Positions 28,623 through 37,695 of a stretch of DNA of 63,887 nucleotides are shown piece after piece. The DNA comes from an uncultured Erysipelotrichaceae bacterium (GTDB lineage Bacteria; Bacillota_I; Bacilli_A; RFN20; CAG-826). The notes beneath the pieces are model-generated. The model saw nothing but the letters and a program-made list of their open reading frames with translations, did no database searches and had not been told where the DNA came from. Location of the stretch: the NCBI GenBank assembly GCA_900317165.1, contig ONFU01000009.1, forward strand, positions 1 through 63,887, given 5' to 3'. Every line of letters begins with the position of its first letter. Within the stretch, counting starts at the first letter, position 1. The position numbers and the translations under genes were made by a program.

Positions 28623-29371
28623 TGATCATCATCAAATCCCCGCGCGAAGTGGCCCTCATCAGAGAAGCCGCTCGCGTGGTGGCCTTGGTGTTTGAGAAGG
28701 TGGGACCCCTCATCAAACCGGGTGTCTCCACCAAATACCTCAACGACGAAGCGGAGAAAGTGATCCGCGGGGAAGGCGCGATTCCAAGCGAACTTGGCTA
28801 TTACGGCTATCCCGCCTCCATCTGCGCTTCCGTCAATGAGTGCATTCTCCATGGCATTCCTTCCCCAAGGCAAATCCTTCGCGATGGAGACATCATCACC
28901 CTTGACCTATGCGCGACCAAGAACGGGTATGTCGGCGATGCCGCGAGAACCTTCCCGGTCGGAATAATCGGCGAAAGGCAACAAAGGATGATCGATATCG
29001 CAAAAGAAGCCTTCGAAAATGCCGTGGCCCTGGTAAAACCAGGGGTGCATCTAGGCGATATCTGCCATATGATTGAGATGACCGCGAAGAAATACGGTTG
29101 CTCGGTCCCCCGCGATTACACGGGGCATGGCATTGGTCGCTCCATGCATGAAGACCCCTATATCCCCTGCTATGGCAAAGAGGGCACCGGCCCCTTGCTG
29201 AAGGAAGGGATGACTATCTGCATCGAGCCGATGATCCTCGAGCATCGTCCCGAGGTTCGTGTGCTCAAAGATGGCTGGACCGTCGTCGCCAAAGACGGCG
29301 GACTCACGAGCCATTACGAGAACACCATCGCCGTCACCCATGACGGTTATGAGATTCTCAGCAAGCTCTAG
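28622..29371 (+). CDS. map: Methionine aminopeptidase type I
   Basis: IIIKSPREVALIREA..., DGDIITLD, HGIG and the ENTIAVT motifs. Confidence 0.95.
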   Translation: MIIIKSPREVALIREAARVVALVFEKVGPLIKPGVSTKYLNDEAEKVIRGEGAIPSELGYYGYPASICASVNECILHGIPSPRQILRDGDIITLDLCATKNGYVGDAARTFPVGIIGERQQRMIDIAKEAFENAVALVKPGVHLGDICHMIEMTAKKYGCSVPRDYTGHGIGRSMHEDPYIPCYGKEGTGPLLKEGMTICIEPMILEHRPEVRVLKDGWTVVAKDGGLTSHYENTIAVTHDGYEILSKL

Positions 29372-29389
29372 AGAAGGAGGAATTCGCGC

Positions 29390-29611
29390 TTGAGCAAACA
29401 AGATTGCATAGAAGTAGAGGCGACGGTGTTGGAATGCCTTCCAAACGCCAACTTCAAGGTGAAGCTCGCCAACGGAGCCGTAGTCCAAGCCTGCGTTTCG
29501 GGAAAAATCCGAATGAACTACATTCGCATTCTCCCCGGTGATAGGGTTACGGTCCAATTCTCACCTTACGATTTAACACGTGGGCGCATAACGTTCCGTT
29601 ATAGGAACTGA
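29390..29611 (+). CDS. infA: Translation initiation factor IF-1
   Basis: TTG start after [36 protein letters not shown]. Confidence 0.93.
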   Translation: MSKQDCIEVEATVLECLPNANFKVKLANGAVVQACVSGKIRMNYIRILPGDRVTVQFSPYDLTRGRITFRYRN

Positions 29612-29634
29612 TCTGATTAATAAGGAGCAAAGAA

Positions 29635-29748
29635 ATGAAAGTCAGACCGTCAGTCAAGCCGATCTGTGACAAGTGCAAAGTCATTCGGCGCCATGGCAAA
29701 GTCATGGTTATCTGCTCCAACCCGAAGCACAAACAGCGTCAGGGTTGA
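29635..29748 (+). CDS. rpmJ: 50S ribosomal protein L36
   Basis: Below the track's size cut-off, so translated by hand: [37 protein letters not shown], with AAGGAG SD and a TGA stop. Confidence 0.93.
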   Translation: MKVRPSVKPICDKCKVIRRHGKVMVICSNPKHKQRQG

Positions 29749-29768
29749 GAAGAAAGGAAATCTAGAAT

Positions 29769-30143
29769 ATGGCACGTATTGCTGGGGTTGATATCCCAAA
29801 TGAAAAACGCGTCGTCGTCTCCCTTACCTATATTTATGGTATTGGACCGACAACCGCCAAGAAGATCCTCGAAGCCACCAAAATCTCCGAGGACATCCGC
29901 GTGAAGAACCTCACCGACGAACAGCTCACCGCTATCCGTTCCGAGGTCTCCAAATACCGCACCGAAGGCGACGCCCGTCGTGAGTCCAGTCTCAACGTCA
30001 AGCGCCTCGTCGAAATCGGCTGCTACCGTGGCCAACGCCACAAAAAGGGCCTCCCAGTCCGTGGACAGAGGACCCGCACCAATGCGCGTACCCGTAAAGG
30101 ACGCAGGAAGACCATCGCCAATAAGAAGATGGCTTCTAGATAA
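29769..30143 (+). CDS. rpsM: 30S ribosomal protein S13
   Basis: [16 protein letters not shown].... Confidence 0.97.
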   Translation: MARIAGVDIPNEKRVVVSLTYIYGIGPTTAKKILEATKISEDIRVKNLTDEQLTAIRSEVSKYRTEGDARRESSLNVKRLVEIGCYRGQRHKKGLPVRGQRTRTNARTRKGRRKTIANKKMASR

Positions 30144-30161
30144 TGAAAGGAGAGCTCTACA

Positions 30162-30575
30162 ATGGCTGCTGCAAAAACCGCTAAGAAGGGCAAATCTACG
30201 ACCGCAAGGAAGAAGAAGATCAAACGCTCCTTTACTCATGGCGTCGCCCATATCCACGCCACCTTCAACAACACCATCGTTACCATCACCGATACCTCCG
30301 GCAACGTCATCGCCTGGTCCTCGGCCGGTGCTCTTGGCTATAAAGGCGCCAAGAAATCCACACCGTTCGCCGCTCAACTAGCTTCCGAAGCCGCTGCCAA
30401 GACTGCCTTCGACCAAGGCATCCGCCAGGTCGACGTCGAGGTCAAGGGTCCAGGTGCCGGACGCGAATCCGCCGTCCGCGCCCTCACGGTCGTTGGTCTC
30501 CAAGTCCTCTCCATCGAGGATACGACTCCAATCCCACACAACGGCTGCCGCCCGCCCAAGCGTCCGCGCGGCTAA
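30162..30575 (+). CDS. rpsK: 30S ribosomal protein S11
   Basis: [18 protein letters not shown].... Confidence 0.97.
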   Translation: MAAAKTAKKGKSTTARKKKIKRSFTHGVAHIHATFNNTIVTITDTSGNVIAWSSAGALGYKGAKKSTPFAAQLASEAAAKTAFDQGIRQVDVEVKGPGAGRESAVRALTVVGLQVLSIEDTTPIPHNGCRPPKRPRG

Positions 30576-30646
30576 TGACGTAACTCCCTAGCATTGCTAG
30601 AGGAGAAAGAAAGCAAGAACATAATTAGGAGGAAAAGAACGCAATT

Positions 30647-32038
30647 ATGGCTAATGCTAAAACTGACATTCGCTCCGTCGAGGAGCTTAAACTCCCCAAT
30701 CCATTCGAGCCCGTTACGATCACCGTTGACGAAGGAACCGACCCAGACGAGAACTATGCTCGTCTCGTCGTCTCCCCTCTTGAAAGGGGATTCGGAATCA
30801 CCCTTGGCAACGCGCTACGCCGCGTCTTGCTAAGCGCCCTTCCCGGCGCGAGCGTCTATGCCGTCCAAATCGAAGACGTCCGTCATGAATTCACCGCCCT
30901 TCCAGGCATCATGGAAGACGTCACCGGCATCATCCTCAACCTCAAGGACCTCGTCCTTAAGATTGATGACCACACCACCGATACCAAGAAGATCGAAGTC
31001 GACGTCAAAGGACCAAAGGTCCTCACCGCCGGAGACCTCGAACTCCCAACCCTCACCGAAGTCTGCAATCCTGATCTCGAGATCGCCCATATCAACGAGA
31101 AGGGCCATCTCCGCATGACCATCTATGCCGGCACCGGCAGGGGATATGTCACCAGCGATGGCAACAAGGTCGAGAAGAGGGTTCTTCGCGACACCGTCGG
31201 CTTAATCGCCACCGACTCCAACTACAGCCCGGTCGTCAAGGTTGCTTACTCCGTTGAGCCAACCCGCGTCGGACACGATTCCCGCTTCGACAAATTGATC
31301 CTCGAAGTCACTACCAACGGTTCCATCAAACCGGCTGAAGCCGTCGCGATGGCCGCCCAACTCCTCATTGCCCACTTCCAGAAATTCGCCGACCTCGATA
31401 AGGGCGTCCGCGAAATCAAACTCGTTAAGGAAGAGAACAAGACCGAGGAGAACAAATATCAGAACATGTTGATCGAAGAACTCGATCTCAGCGTTCGTAG
31501 CAACAACTGCCTCAAGCGTTTCGGCATCACCACCGTCATGGAACTCACCCAAAAGAGCGAGGATGAGATGATGAAGGTCCGCAACCTTGGCAAGAAGTCG
31601 CTAAAAGAAGTCAAGGAGAAGCTCGCCACCATCGGCCTGCATTTCCGCGATTATGTAGGAGAAGGCAAGACCGGTGTGCGTTTCAAGACTGGCTATACCG
31701 CTAGCAAAAACAAATCGATGCTTCGCAACGTCGTCACCGACCTCATCCTCAACGAGGAAGTCAAGGTCACCTCTGGCGTCGTCAAGGAGCTCAAATCCTT
31801 AGCTGACAGACTCGTCACCTATGCGAAGAAAGGCGACCTCCACCATCGCCGCCTCGCCGCCTCCGTGGTTCGCCCAGGAGTCGTTGGCAAAGATGGCAAA
31901 GACGCCCTTTCCAAGCTCTTCGATGATCTCGCCCCACGCATGGCCGCCCGCAACGGTGGCTACACCAAAGCCCTCAAGCTTGGTCAGCGCCGTGGCGATG
32001 CCGCCGAAGTCGTGATCGTCCGTTGGTCTGATCGCTAA
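30647..32038 (+). CDS. rpoA: RNA polymerase alpha subunit continuing in frame, without a stop, into a full ribosomal protein L17 module
   Basis: 463-aa continuous ORF. Residues 1 to about 336 are RpoA (NTD, then CTD ...MKVRNLGKKSLKEVKEKL). Residues 344-463 are L17. Confidence 0.85.
   Translation: MANAKTDIRSVEELKLPNPFEPVTITVDEGTDPDENYARLVVSPLERGFGITLGNALRRVLLSALPGASVYAVQIEDVRHEFTALPGIMEDVTGIILNLKDLVLKIDDHTTDTKKIEVDVKGPKVLTAGDLELPTLTEVCNPDLEIAHINEKGHLRMTIYAGTGRGYVTSDGNKVEKRVLRDTVGLIATDSNYSPVVKVAYSVEPTRVGHDSRFDKLILEVTTNGSIKPAEAVAMAAQLLIAHFQKFADLDKGVREIKLVKEENKTEENKYQNMLIEELDLSVRSNNCLKRFGITTVMELTQKSEDEMMKVRNLGKKSLKEVKEKLATIGLHFRDYVGEGKTGVRFKTGYTASKNKSMLRNVVTDLILNEEVKVTSGVVKELKSLADRLVTYAKKGDLHHRRLAASVVRPGVVGKDGKDALSKLFDDLAPRMAARNGGYTKALKLGQRRGDAAEVVIVRWSDR
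31676..32038 (+). CDS. rplQ: Ribosomal protein L17 module (possible internal GTG start inside the rpoA frame)
   Basis: An in-frame GTG at 31676 is preceded by AGGAGAAGG (31657-31665). VRFKTGYTASKNKSMLRNVVTDL...GGYTKALKLGQRRGDAAEVVIV matches L17. Confidence 0.6.
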   Translation: MRFKTGYTASKNKSMLRNVVTDLILNEEVKVTSGVVKELKSLADRLVTYAKKGDLHHRRLAASVVRPGVVGKDGKDALSKLFDDLAPRMAARNGGYTKALKLGQRRGDAAEVVIVRWSDR

Positions 32039-32064
32039 TTCTAGGCTACAAAGCTAAATCTAAT

Positions 32065-32088
32065 AGGCCAGGGATTCCTGGCCTTTTT
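32065..32088 (+). terminator. Intrinsic terminator ending the ribosomal superoperon
   Basis: AGGCCAGG-GATT-CCTGGCCT followed by TTTT. Confidence 0.8.
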
Positions 32089-32175
32089 CTATTTCTCCTT
32101 AATCTCTTTATTGGTTTAGCCCTATAAACGCTTCTACGGGGCTTTTAGAGGCCTTTTATGGTAAGATATACATGT

Positions 32176-32829
32176 ATGTATAAGAATTTGATTTTTGATT
32201 TGGATGGCACCTTAATCGATACGGTTGGGGATATCAGTTTCGCAATCAATGAGGCCCTAGAATCAATTGGCCTTCCACAACGTTTCGACCTTGAAGGAAC
32301 AAAGAGGCTTATAGGCAATGGGGCGGACATGCTCGTTCGTCGCGCCTTGCTTGAAGAGAAGGATAACGAAGAATTATTCATTAAGCTTAAACAAGCCTAT
32401 GGCCCACGTTATAAGAAGTACCAGGACACAAACTCATTTCCTTACCCCAAAATGGTGGAAACTCTAAAGGAATTGAAAAGGCTCGGAAAGCGTCTATTCG
32501 TAGTGACCAACAAACCAGATGAGTTAGCTAAGACGATCCTCAAACACCATTTTCATGATCTCTTTGATTATATTCAAGGAGACCAAGCTGGGACCCCCTT
32601 AAAACCTGATCCCTATTCGGTTAACAGTTTAATTGAAAAAAATAAATTAGACAAAAATGAAACTATCTATATCGGTGATTCTATCGTCGATATAGAAACT
32701 GGTAAAAACGCGGGAATTGCAGTGATTTTATGCCTATATGGATATGGCATTTACGATGCAAAAACCGTCTCTAAGGCCGATTATTCAATTGATAACCCTG
32801 CCCAAATTCTTTCGATTGTGTGTGAATGA
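32176..32829 (+). CDS. HAD-family hydrolase (phosphoglycolate-phosphatase-like)
   Basis: MYKNLIFDLDGTLIDT, VVTNK and GDSIVDIETGKNAG. The start may instead be 32158. Confidence 0.8.
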   Translation: MYKNLIFDLDGTLIDTVGDISFAINEALESIGLPQRFDLEGTKRLIGNGADMLVRRALLEEKDNEELFIKLKQAYGPRYKKYQDTNSFPYPKMVETLKELKRLGKRLFVVTNKPDELAKTILKHHFHDLFDYIQGDQAGTPLKPDPYSVNSLIEKNKLDKNETIYIGDSIVDIETGKNAGIAVILCLYGYGIYDAKTVSKADYSIDNPAQILSIVCE

Positions 32830-32999
32830 ACATAAAAAATATTTGGGTTTTGCAGGCTTTTCGATTAAGTCTAACCATTTCTAAACGATATACAAACCTC
32901 TTTAATACTAAAAATAATTTGATAAATTGACAAAAAATAGTTAATCTATTTTATCCTTTCTATTCTTTTTCAAGAGTACTCTCTCTTCTATAAGAAGGC

Positions 33000-33008
33000 T
33001 GGTATAAT
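33000..33008 (+). promoter_or_regulatory. Extended -10 promoter (TGGTATAAT) 6 nt upstream of the cysS ATG
   Basis: TG at 33000-33001, TATAAT at 33003-33008, ATG at 33015. No SD in between. Confidence 0.5.
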
Positions 33009-33014
33009 TGGCCC

Positions 33015-34361
33015 ATGAAAAAAGTTACTCTCTATTCGTCGCTGAAAAATGATTATGAGGAATTCGTTCCTATCCAAGATGGCAAGGTCTCTTTTTATGT
33101 CTGTGGACCTACCGTCTATAACGATCCCCATATTGGAAACTTCAGACCCGTTATCGTCTTCGATGCCTGGAGGCGTCTTTTCATCCGTTTGGGGTATGAC
33201 GTGACCTTTGTTTCCAATTACACCGATGTCGATGACAAGATCATCAATAGGGCCAAGGAACTAGGGATTCCTGAACGGCGGTTGACCGATGAGATAATCG
33301 AGAAGTTCCGTAACCTAACAAATGAAGTCGGTTCATTGCAACCTGATATCACCCCAAAGCCAACCGAATACATGGATAAGATTATTTCCTATGTCGATGA
33401 CCTAGTTAATAACGGATCCGCCTATAAGGCCGATGGAGATGTTTATTTTAGAGTAGCTTCCGTCCCAACTTACGGCGAACTTTCCGGGAATACCCCCGAA
33501 AGGCTCATCTCTGGGGCGAGGATCGAAGTCAATTCGCAGAAGGAATCGCCGATTGACTTCGCTTTATGGAAGAAAACCGAGGAAGGAATCAAATGGGAGA
33601 CGCCATTTGGGGAAGGAAGGCCGGGATGGCATACCGAATGCTGCGTCATGATTTCCTCCATTTTTAGAGATACAAACGGTTATATCGATATCCATGGTGG
33701 TGGCTTTGACCTCAAATTCCCCCATCACGAGAACGAAATCGCCCAATCGAAGGCCCATAACCATAACGGCCTAGCGAAGTATTGGCTTCATAACGGATTT
33801 ATCAACATCGATAACGAGAAGATGTCCAAATCCCTTGGAAACGTGATTCTTGCCAAAGACGTTATCGCCCAATATGGCGGAATGCCGCTTCGCATCATGA
33901 TGCTTTCCACCCATTACAGGGCCCCACTAACATTCACCAAAGCCACGATTATGGAAGCCCAAAAGACTTATCAAAAGATAGCGACCGCCATGAAGCAGGT
34001 CTCTTTGACCCTGCAACTCGCGGATATCAAGATTGAGGGTGAGCCTCTTCCGGCGGAAGGGGAGTTCTTCGATGAACTTTGCAACGACCTCAATACGCCA
34101 AACGCCATCGCCATTTTGCTAAGCGAACTAAAAACCCTCAACACCATTTTGCGTTCAAGGCCAATCAATTACGAAGCCTTGCTTCTTTCCTATCGCAAAG
34201 TCCTCGATTACCTAGACACTCTAGGTATCAAAGTCGATCTCCCCTCTCTAAGCGAAGACGACAAATCGCTTTATCGCCAATATAACGAAGCCAAAGCCGC
34301 GAAAGACTTCGAGCGCAGCGACGAGATCAGGGGTGAGCTCATTAAGCGCGGACTTTTCTAA
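33015..34361 (+). CDS. cysS: Cysteine--tRNA ligase
   Basis: CGPTVYNDPHIGN (HIGH) and KMSKSLGN motifs; 448 aa. Confidence 0.95.
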   Translation: MKKVTLYSSLKNDYEEFVPIQDGKVSFYVCGPTVYNDPHIGNFRPVIVFDAWRRLFIRLGYDVTFVSNYTDVDDKIINRAKELGIPERRLTDEIIEKFRNLTNEVGSLQPDITPKPTEYMDKIISYVDDLVNNGSAYKADGDVYFRVASVPTYGELSGNTPERLISGARIEVNSQKESPIDFALWKKTEEGIKWETPFGEGRPGWHTECCVMISSIFRDTNGYIDIHGGGFDLKFPHHENEIAQSKAHNHNGLAKYWLHNGFINIDNEKMSKSLGNVILAKDVIAQYGGMPLRIMMLSTHYRAPLTFTKATIMEAQKTYQKIATAMKQVSLTLQLADIKIEGEPLPAEGEFFDELCNDLNTPNAIAILLSELKTLNTILRSRPINYEALLLSYRKVLDYLDTLGIKVDLPSLSEDDKSLYRQYNEAKAAKDFERSDEIRGELIKRGLF

Positions 34362-34373
34362 CCTGACTCGAAT

Positions 34374-34401
34374 TTGACAAGCAAAATTGTCAATTTATAG
34401 T
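34374..34401 (+). promoter_or_regulatory. Candidate promoter for rlmB
   Basis: TTGACA (34374-34379), 16-nt spacer, TATAGT (34396-34401). The -35 is part of the inverted repeat TTGACA/TGTCAA. Confidence 0.55.
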
Positions 34402-34443
34402 CTGATTTAAAACCTAAATTGTTCTTGTAAGGAGCCATGAAAG

Positions 34444-35160
34444 ATGAATAAAATCGAATTTGGCAAAAACACCGTGAGGGAGGCCGTCCGTTCTGGAGAG
34501 GCCATTGCCGTCTATGTTTTAACTAAGCATAGAAACGACCCCATCGTGTTAGAAGCCAACGAGTCTAAGATCCCCGTTGAATTCGTAACGGAGGAGGAGC
34601 TCCGCCGCATTAGCAAGTCGAATTTATCCCAGGGCTTTGCCGCAAAGGTCAAACCCATCAGGGAATATTCCCTTAATGAAATCATCGATTACGCTAAAGA
34701 TAAGGAGAACCCCCTTATATTAATTCTCGACGGAATCGAAGACCCACATAATCTTGGCGCCATATTGCGCTCATCCGATGCTTTCGGCGTTGATGGAATC
34801 GTGTTGAAAAAACGCGGGGAAGTCCAACTCAACGCTACGGTTGCGAAAGTCTCCACCGGTGCTATCCATTATGTAAAAACGACTACCGTTTCCAATCTTT
34901 CTGCTTCAATTACCACTTTAAAGAAGAACGGATACTGGGTCGTAGCCTCTGATGGATCAGGAACGATGTCCTACGATGAAGTCGACTATCGTGGGCCGAT
35001 TGCCCTTGTTGTTGGAAGCGAGGGCTTCGGTATTTCCAATCTCGTTCTTCGCAATTCCGATTTCATCGTGAAAATCCCAATGCTTGGACACGTTAATTCC
35101 CTTAATGCGTCCGTTGCGACCGGAATCTTGCTTGCAGGGATTCGCCAGTTGCAAAAATAA
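34444..35160 (+). CDS. rlmB: 23S rRNA (guanosine-2'-O)-methyltransferase, TrmH/SpoU family (RlmB/YacO-like)
   Basis: ILDGIEDPHNLGAILRSSDAFG, LVVGSEGFGIS and SLNASVATGILL. Sits in the conserved position after cysS. Confidence 0.85.
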   Translation: MNKIEFGKNTVREAVRSGEAIAVYVLTKHRNDPIVLEANESKIPVEFVTEEELRRISKSNLSQGFAAKVKPIREYSLNEIIDYAKDKENPLILILDGIEDPHNLGAILRSSDAFGVDGIVLKKRGEVQLNATVAKVSTGAIHYVKTTTVSNLSASITTLKKNGYWVVASDGSGTMSYDEVDYRGPIALVVGSEGFGISNLVLRNSDFIVKIPMLGHVNSLNASVATGILLAGIRQLQK

Positions 35161-35232
35161 GCAACCCCTGTATACCTTTTTCAGGGAAAACCATATTAAT
35201 TTATCTCATATTTATTTACGCAGGATCGAACC

Positions 35233-35883
35233 ATGAATTTTAATGACCCTATTTTTAAACCATTCAGTTATTATTTACGGAAAAGCGACGAAGAACTCGT
35301 CGAATTAATACGCCAAGGCGATACCTCCGCTAGAGACACTCTATCTGTTCGCTATTGGAGGGAAAAGAATACCCTAGTCTCGGCAGTGCTTCCTAATGTC
35401 CGCGATATTGTGGATGATTGGGATATAAACGAAGCCTTCTTCGTCACCTATTTGAACGCGGAAAAGAATTTTGACGCGGACCATGCTACGAAATTTCTGA
35501 CTTATTTCTGTGAAATCCTTAAAAACGAGCTTCTGTTAATCATTGCAAAGACAATGAGAAACAATGATATCAGTCTGCCTTTATCACTTGATACCTTTGA
35601 AACTCTTGATGAGGATGCCCCAACCCTTCATGAATTGGTGGGGAGCATGGATGAAAAGATCTCCGGACAGATTGATTTGAATGACGTCATCAATTTGATT
35701 TTCGCTTATAAGGACAATTTTCCAAGCTATACGATAGAACTGGCCAAACTGTTAGGTATGGGCCATAGCGTGGCTTCCGCTAGCAAGATATTGGGGGTGC
35801 CTGTTTCCTCTGTGAAAAGAACCCTTGTGGCCTTAAGGAAATTCTTGACTAAACAGATCAATAAACTGTTTGACCCAGCTTGA
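35233..35883 (+). CDS. Divergent sigma-70 family factor in the SigH position
   Basis: ELVELIRQGDTSARDTL is region-2-like. A C-terminal HTH reads GHSVASASKILGVPVSSVKRTL. Gene order cysS-rlmB-sigma-rpmG-secE-nusG matches Bacillus. Confidence 0.6.
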   Translation: MNFNDPIFKPFSYYLRKSDEELVELIRQGDTSARDTLSVRYWREKNTLVSAVLPNVRDIVDDWDINEAFFVTYLNAEKNFDADHATKFLTYFCEILKNELLLIIAKTMRNNDISLPLSLDTFETLDEDAPTLHELVGSMDEKISGQIDLNDVINLIFAYKDNFPSYTIELAKLLGMGHSVASASKILGVPVSSVKRTLVALRKFLTKQINKLFDPA

Positions 35884-36046
35884 TGAAATTTCGTCAACGG
35901 TAAACCATTTATTTAGGCAATCTTCACTTTTCCCGTAGATTAAATAATCTTTCTGTTTTGAATCAGAAAGCCTTCTATCCGCGGGATTTTTGCTTCTATT
36001 ATCTTTTGGCCTTTGGAAAAACCTGTTCCCTTATACATGTTGTCTA

Positions 36047-36075
36047 TTGACAAGCGCTCTTCTTGAGAGGATAGT
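36047..36075 (+). promoter_or_regulatory. Candidate promoter for rpmG-secE-nusG
   Basis: TTGACA (36047-36052), 17-nt spacer, GATAGT (36070-36075). Confidence 0.45.
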
Positions 36076-36099
36076 TTGTAGGCTGAAAGTAGATGAACA

Positions 36100-36249
36100 A
36101 TGGCAAGGGAAAGGGTTTTTTTGATTTGCACTGAGTGCCTCGGACGGAATTACTCTGTCATGAGGAGAAAAGACGACCCACGTCGAGTCGAACTCAGCAA
36201 GTATTGCCCACATTGTGGGAAGCATACTTTGCATAAACAAAGCAAATAA
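36100..36249 (+). CDS. rpmG: 50S ribosomal protein L33
   Basis: Below the track cut-off, so hand-translated: MARERVFLICTECLGRNYSVMRRKDDPRRVELSKYCPHCGKHTLHKQSK. Confidence 0.9.
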   Translation: MARERVFLICTECLGRNYSVMRRKDDPRRVELSKYCPHCGKHTLHKQSK

Positions 36250-36264
36250 GCGAAAGGAGATTTC

Positions 36265-36459
36265 ATGGGACCAATCAAGTACACCAAAGAAGTCGTCAAA
36301 GAGGGAAGGCGCATTCGCTGGCCGAAGCGCGAGGACCTCGTTAAAACCGTTATTGTTGTCGTTATCATCGCGGCCTTTGCCGCTTTGTTCCTCTCATTAG
36401 AGGATTTGACCGCTGGAAGTTTGATTTCCCAGCTCCGCAACGCGTTTGGAGGTAAATAA
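36265..36459 (+). CDS. secE: Preprotein translocase subunit SecE
   Basis: 64 aa, EVVKEGRRIRWPKREDL followed by a single TM; SD AAAGGAG. Confidence 0.9.
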   Translation: MGPIKYTKEVVKEGRRIRWPKREDLVKTVIVVVIIAAFAALFLSLEDLTAGSLISQLRNAFGGK

Positions 36460-36461
36460 CA

Positions 36462-37016
36462 ATGGCTGATCAATATGGCGAAAAGCAGTGGTACATCGTT
36501 ACCACCTACTCAATGCACGAATCAAAAACCGCTGAGAACCTAAAGAAACGTATTCAAACCATGGGCATGGAAAACCTCATCCTCCGTGTCTTGGTCGCCG
36601 AACAGGAAGTCGATGTCATCAAAGATGGCGTCGCTACGGGCAAGAAGAAGGTCGTCAACCTCTTCCCAGGTTATATCTTCGTTGAGATGATCATGACCGA
36701 CGATTCCTGGTACATCGTCCGTAACACTCCGGGCGTTACGGGTATCGCAGGTTCTTCCGGTGGAGGTCAAAAACCGACCCCCGTCACCCGCGAGGAAATC
36801 GAACCGGTCCTTAAGAGAATGGGCGAGATCGATGAATCGATGTATGACCGTTACAAAGTTGGTGACTTTGTCAAAGTCATCCACGGACCTCTTGAAGGAA
36901 CCGAAGGTAAGATTCTCTCCATCGACAAAGAATCCGGTGTCTGCCGTGTCGAAACCATGTTCTTCGGACGTTCGACCCCAGTTGATGTCGACTTCGCCGA
37001 AATCGAAAAAATCTAA
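36462..37016 (+). CDS. nusG: Transcription termination/antitermination factor NusG
   Basis: KQWYIVTTYSMHE..., NLFPGYIFVEM and the KOW motif GDFVKVIHGPLEGTEGKI. Confidence 0.95.
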   Translation: MADQYGEKQWYIVTTYSMHESKTAENLKKRIQTMGMENLILRVLVAEQEVDVIKDGVATGKKKVVNLFPGYIFVEMIMTDDSWYIVRNTPGVTGIAGSSGGGQKPTPVTREEIEPVLKRMGEIDESMYDRYKVGDFVKVIHGPLEGTEGKILSIDKESGVCRVETMFFGRSTPVDVDFAEIEKI

Positions 37017-37020
37017 AAAG

Positions 37021-37058
37021 AAAGGGCATTTGGATGAAACGTTCCAAATGCCCTTTTC
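37021..37058. terminator. Bidirectional intrinsic terminator after nusG
   Basis: AAGGGCATTTGGA (37022-37034) pairs with TCCAAATGCCCTT (37043-37055), flanked by A and T runs. Confidence 0.8.
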
Positions 37059-37065
37059 GTTTGCC

Positions 37066-37671
37066 TTAATCGTCGATTTCCGCGCGGATTCTCTCGAATT
37101 CCTCGCTTACGTCTTGGAAGAATGGAAGCGAGGCGAGCTTAAGGTATTTCTCTTTTAGGCTTGCCTTAAGGCATTGGGCGAAGGCATCGACCATATTTAG
37201 GAAGATGATCTCCGCAATACGGAGCTTTTCGATTTCGGGGTGTTCAACCGCCATAAGGGTGACGAGTTGGTCGATATAGACAAGAGCCAAACGCCCTGCC
37301 TTGTCCTTAAAGGCCTCGAGGACCTCTTCCTTTTCTTCGGCAATCCAAGCGACATAATCCCTTAAAGGCGATCTACCTTTGGCGAATTCGTCGCCTTCAA
37401 GAAGGGCGTACATCTCCTTGGCTTTTTCACTTAGCTTTTTTGCCTCGAATGTCGAGCCGATATCTTCCGCGGCCAATTTTGTTATGGTTTCGCCAGCTTT
37501 TTCCTTGATGAAGATATTATCCAAAAGGAAGGCTGCGGAGGCGTGCAACAATATAGCCTCATTTTCGCTTCCTTCCGCTAAATCACTCCTCAACCAGCTT
37601 TTGACTGAATAAGAGAAGGCGTCTTTTAATATTTCGTAATTGTTCTTCGCGAGTTTCATGAGCACAATCAT
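37066..37671 (-). CDS. Hypothetical all-helical protein
   Basis: 201-aa ORF with no recognisable motif. The start may be the second ATG (MKLAKNNYE). Confidence 0.55.
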   Translation of the reverse strand: MIVLMKLAKNNYEILKDAFSYSVKSWLRSDLAEGSENEAILLHASAAFLLDNIFIKEKAGETITKLAAEDIGSTFEAKKLSEKAKEMYALLEGDEFAKGRSPLRDYVAWIAEEKEEVLEAFKDKAGRLALVYIDQLVTLMAVEHPEIEKLRIAEIIFLNMVDAFAQCLKASLKEKYLKLASLPFFQDVSEEFERIRAEIDD

Positions 37672-37695
37672 ACATTAATTTTCTATAATTGGGGC

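Noticed and set aside
15985-29748. Alternative genetic code (TGA = Trp, as in Mycoplasma/Spiroplasma)
   Set aside because: TGA closes queA (15985-15987) and rpmJ (29746-29748) exactly where the conserved proteins end, and an SD and the next gene follow. Conserved proteins need no in-frame TGA read-through.
32830-33014. Possible T-box or other riboswitch leader upstream of cysS
   Set aside because: The region is AT-rich with no specifier or T-box-like conserved sequence and no terminator/antiterminator pair. Instead, an extended -10 sits 6 nt before the ATG.
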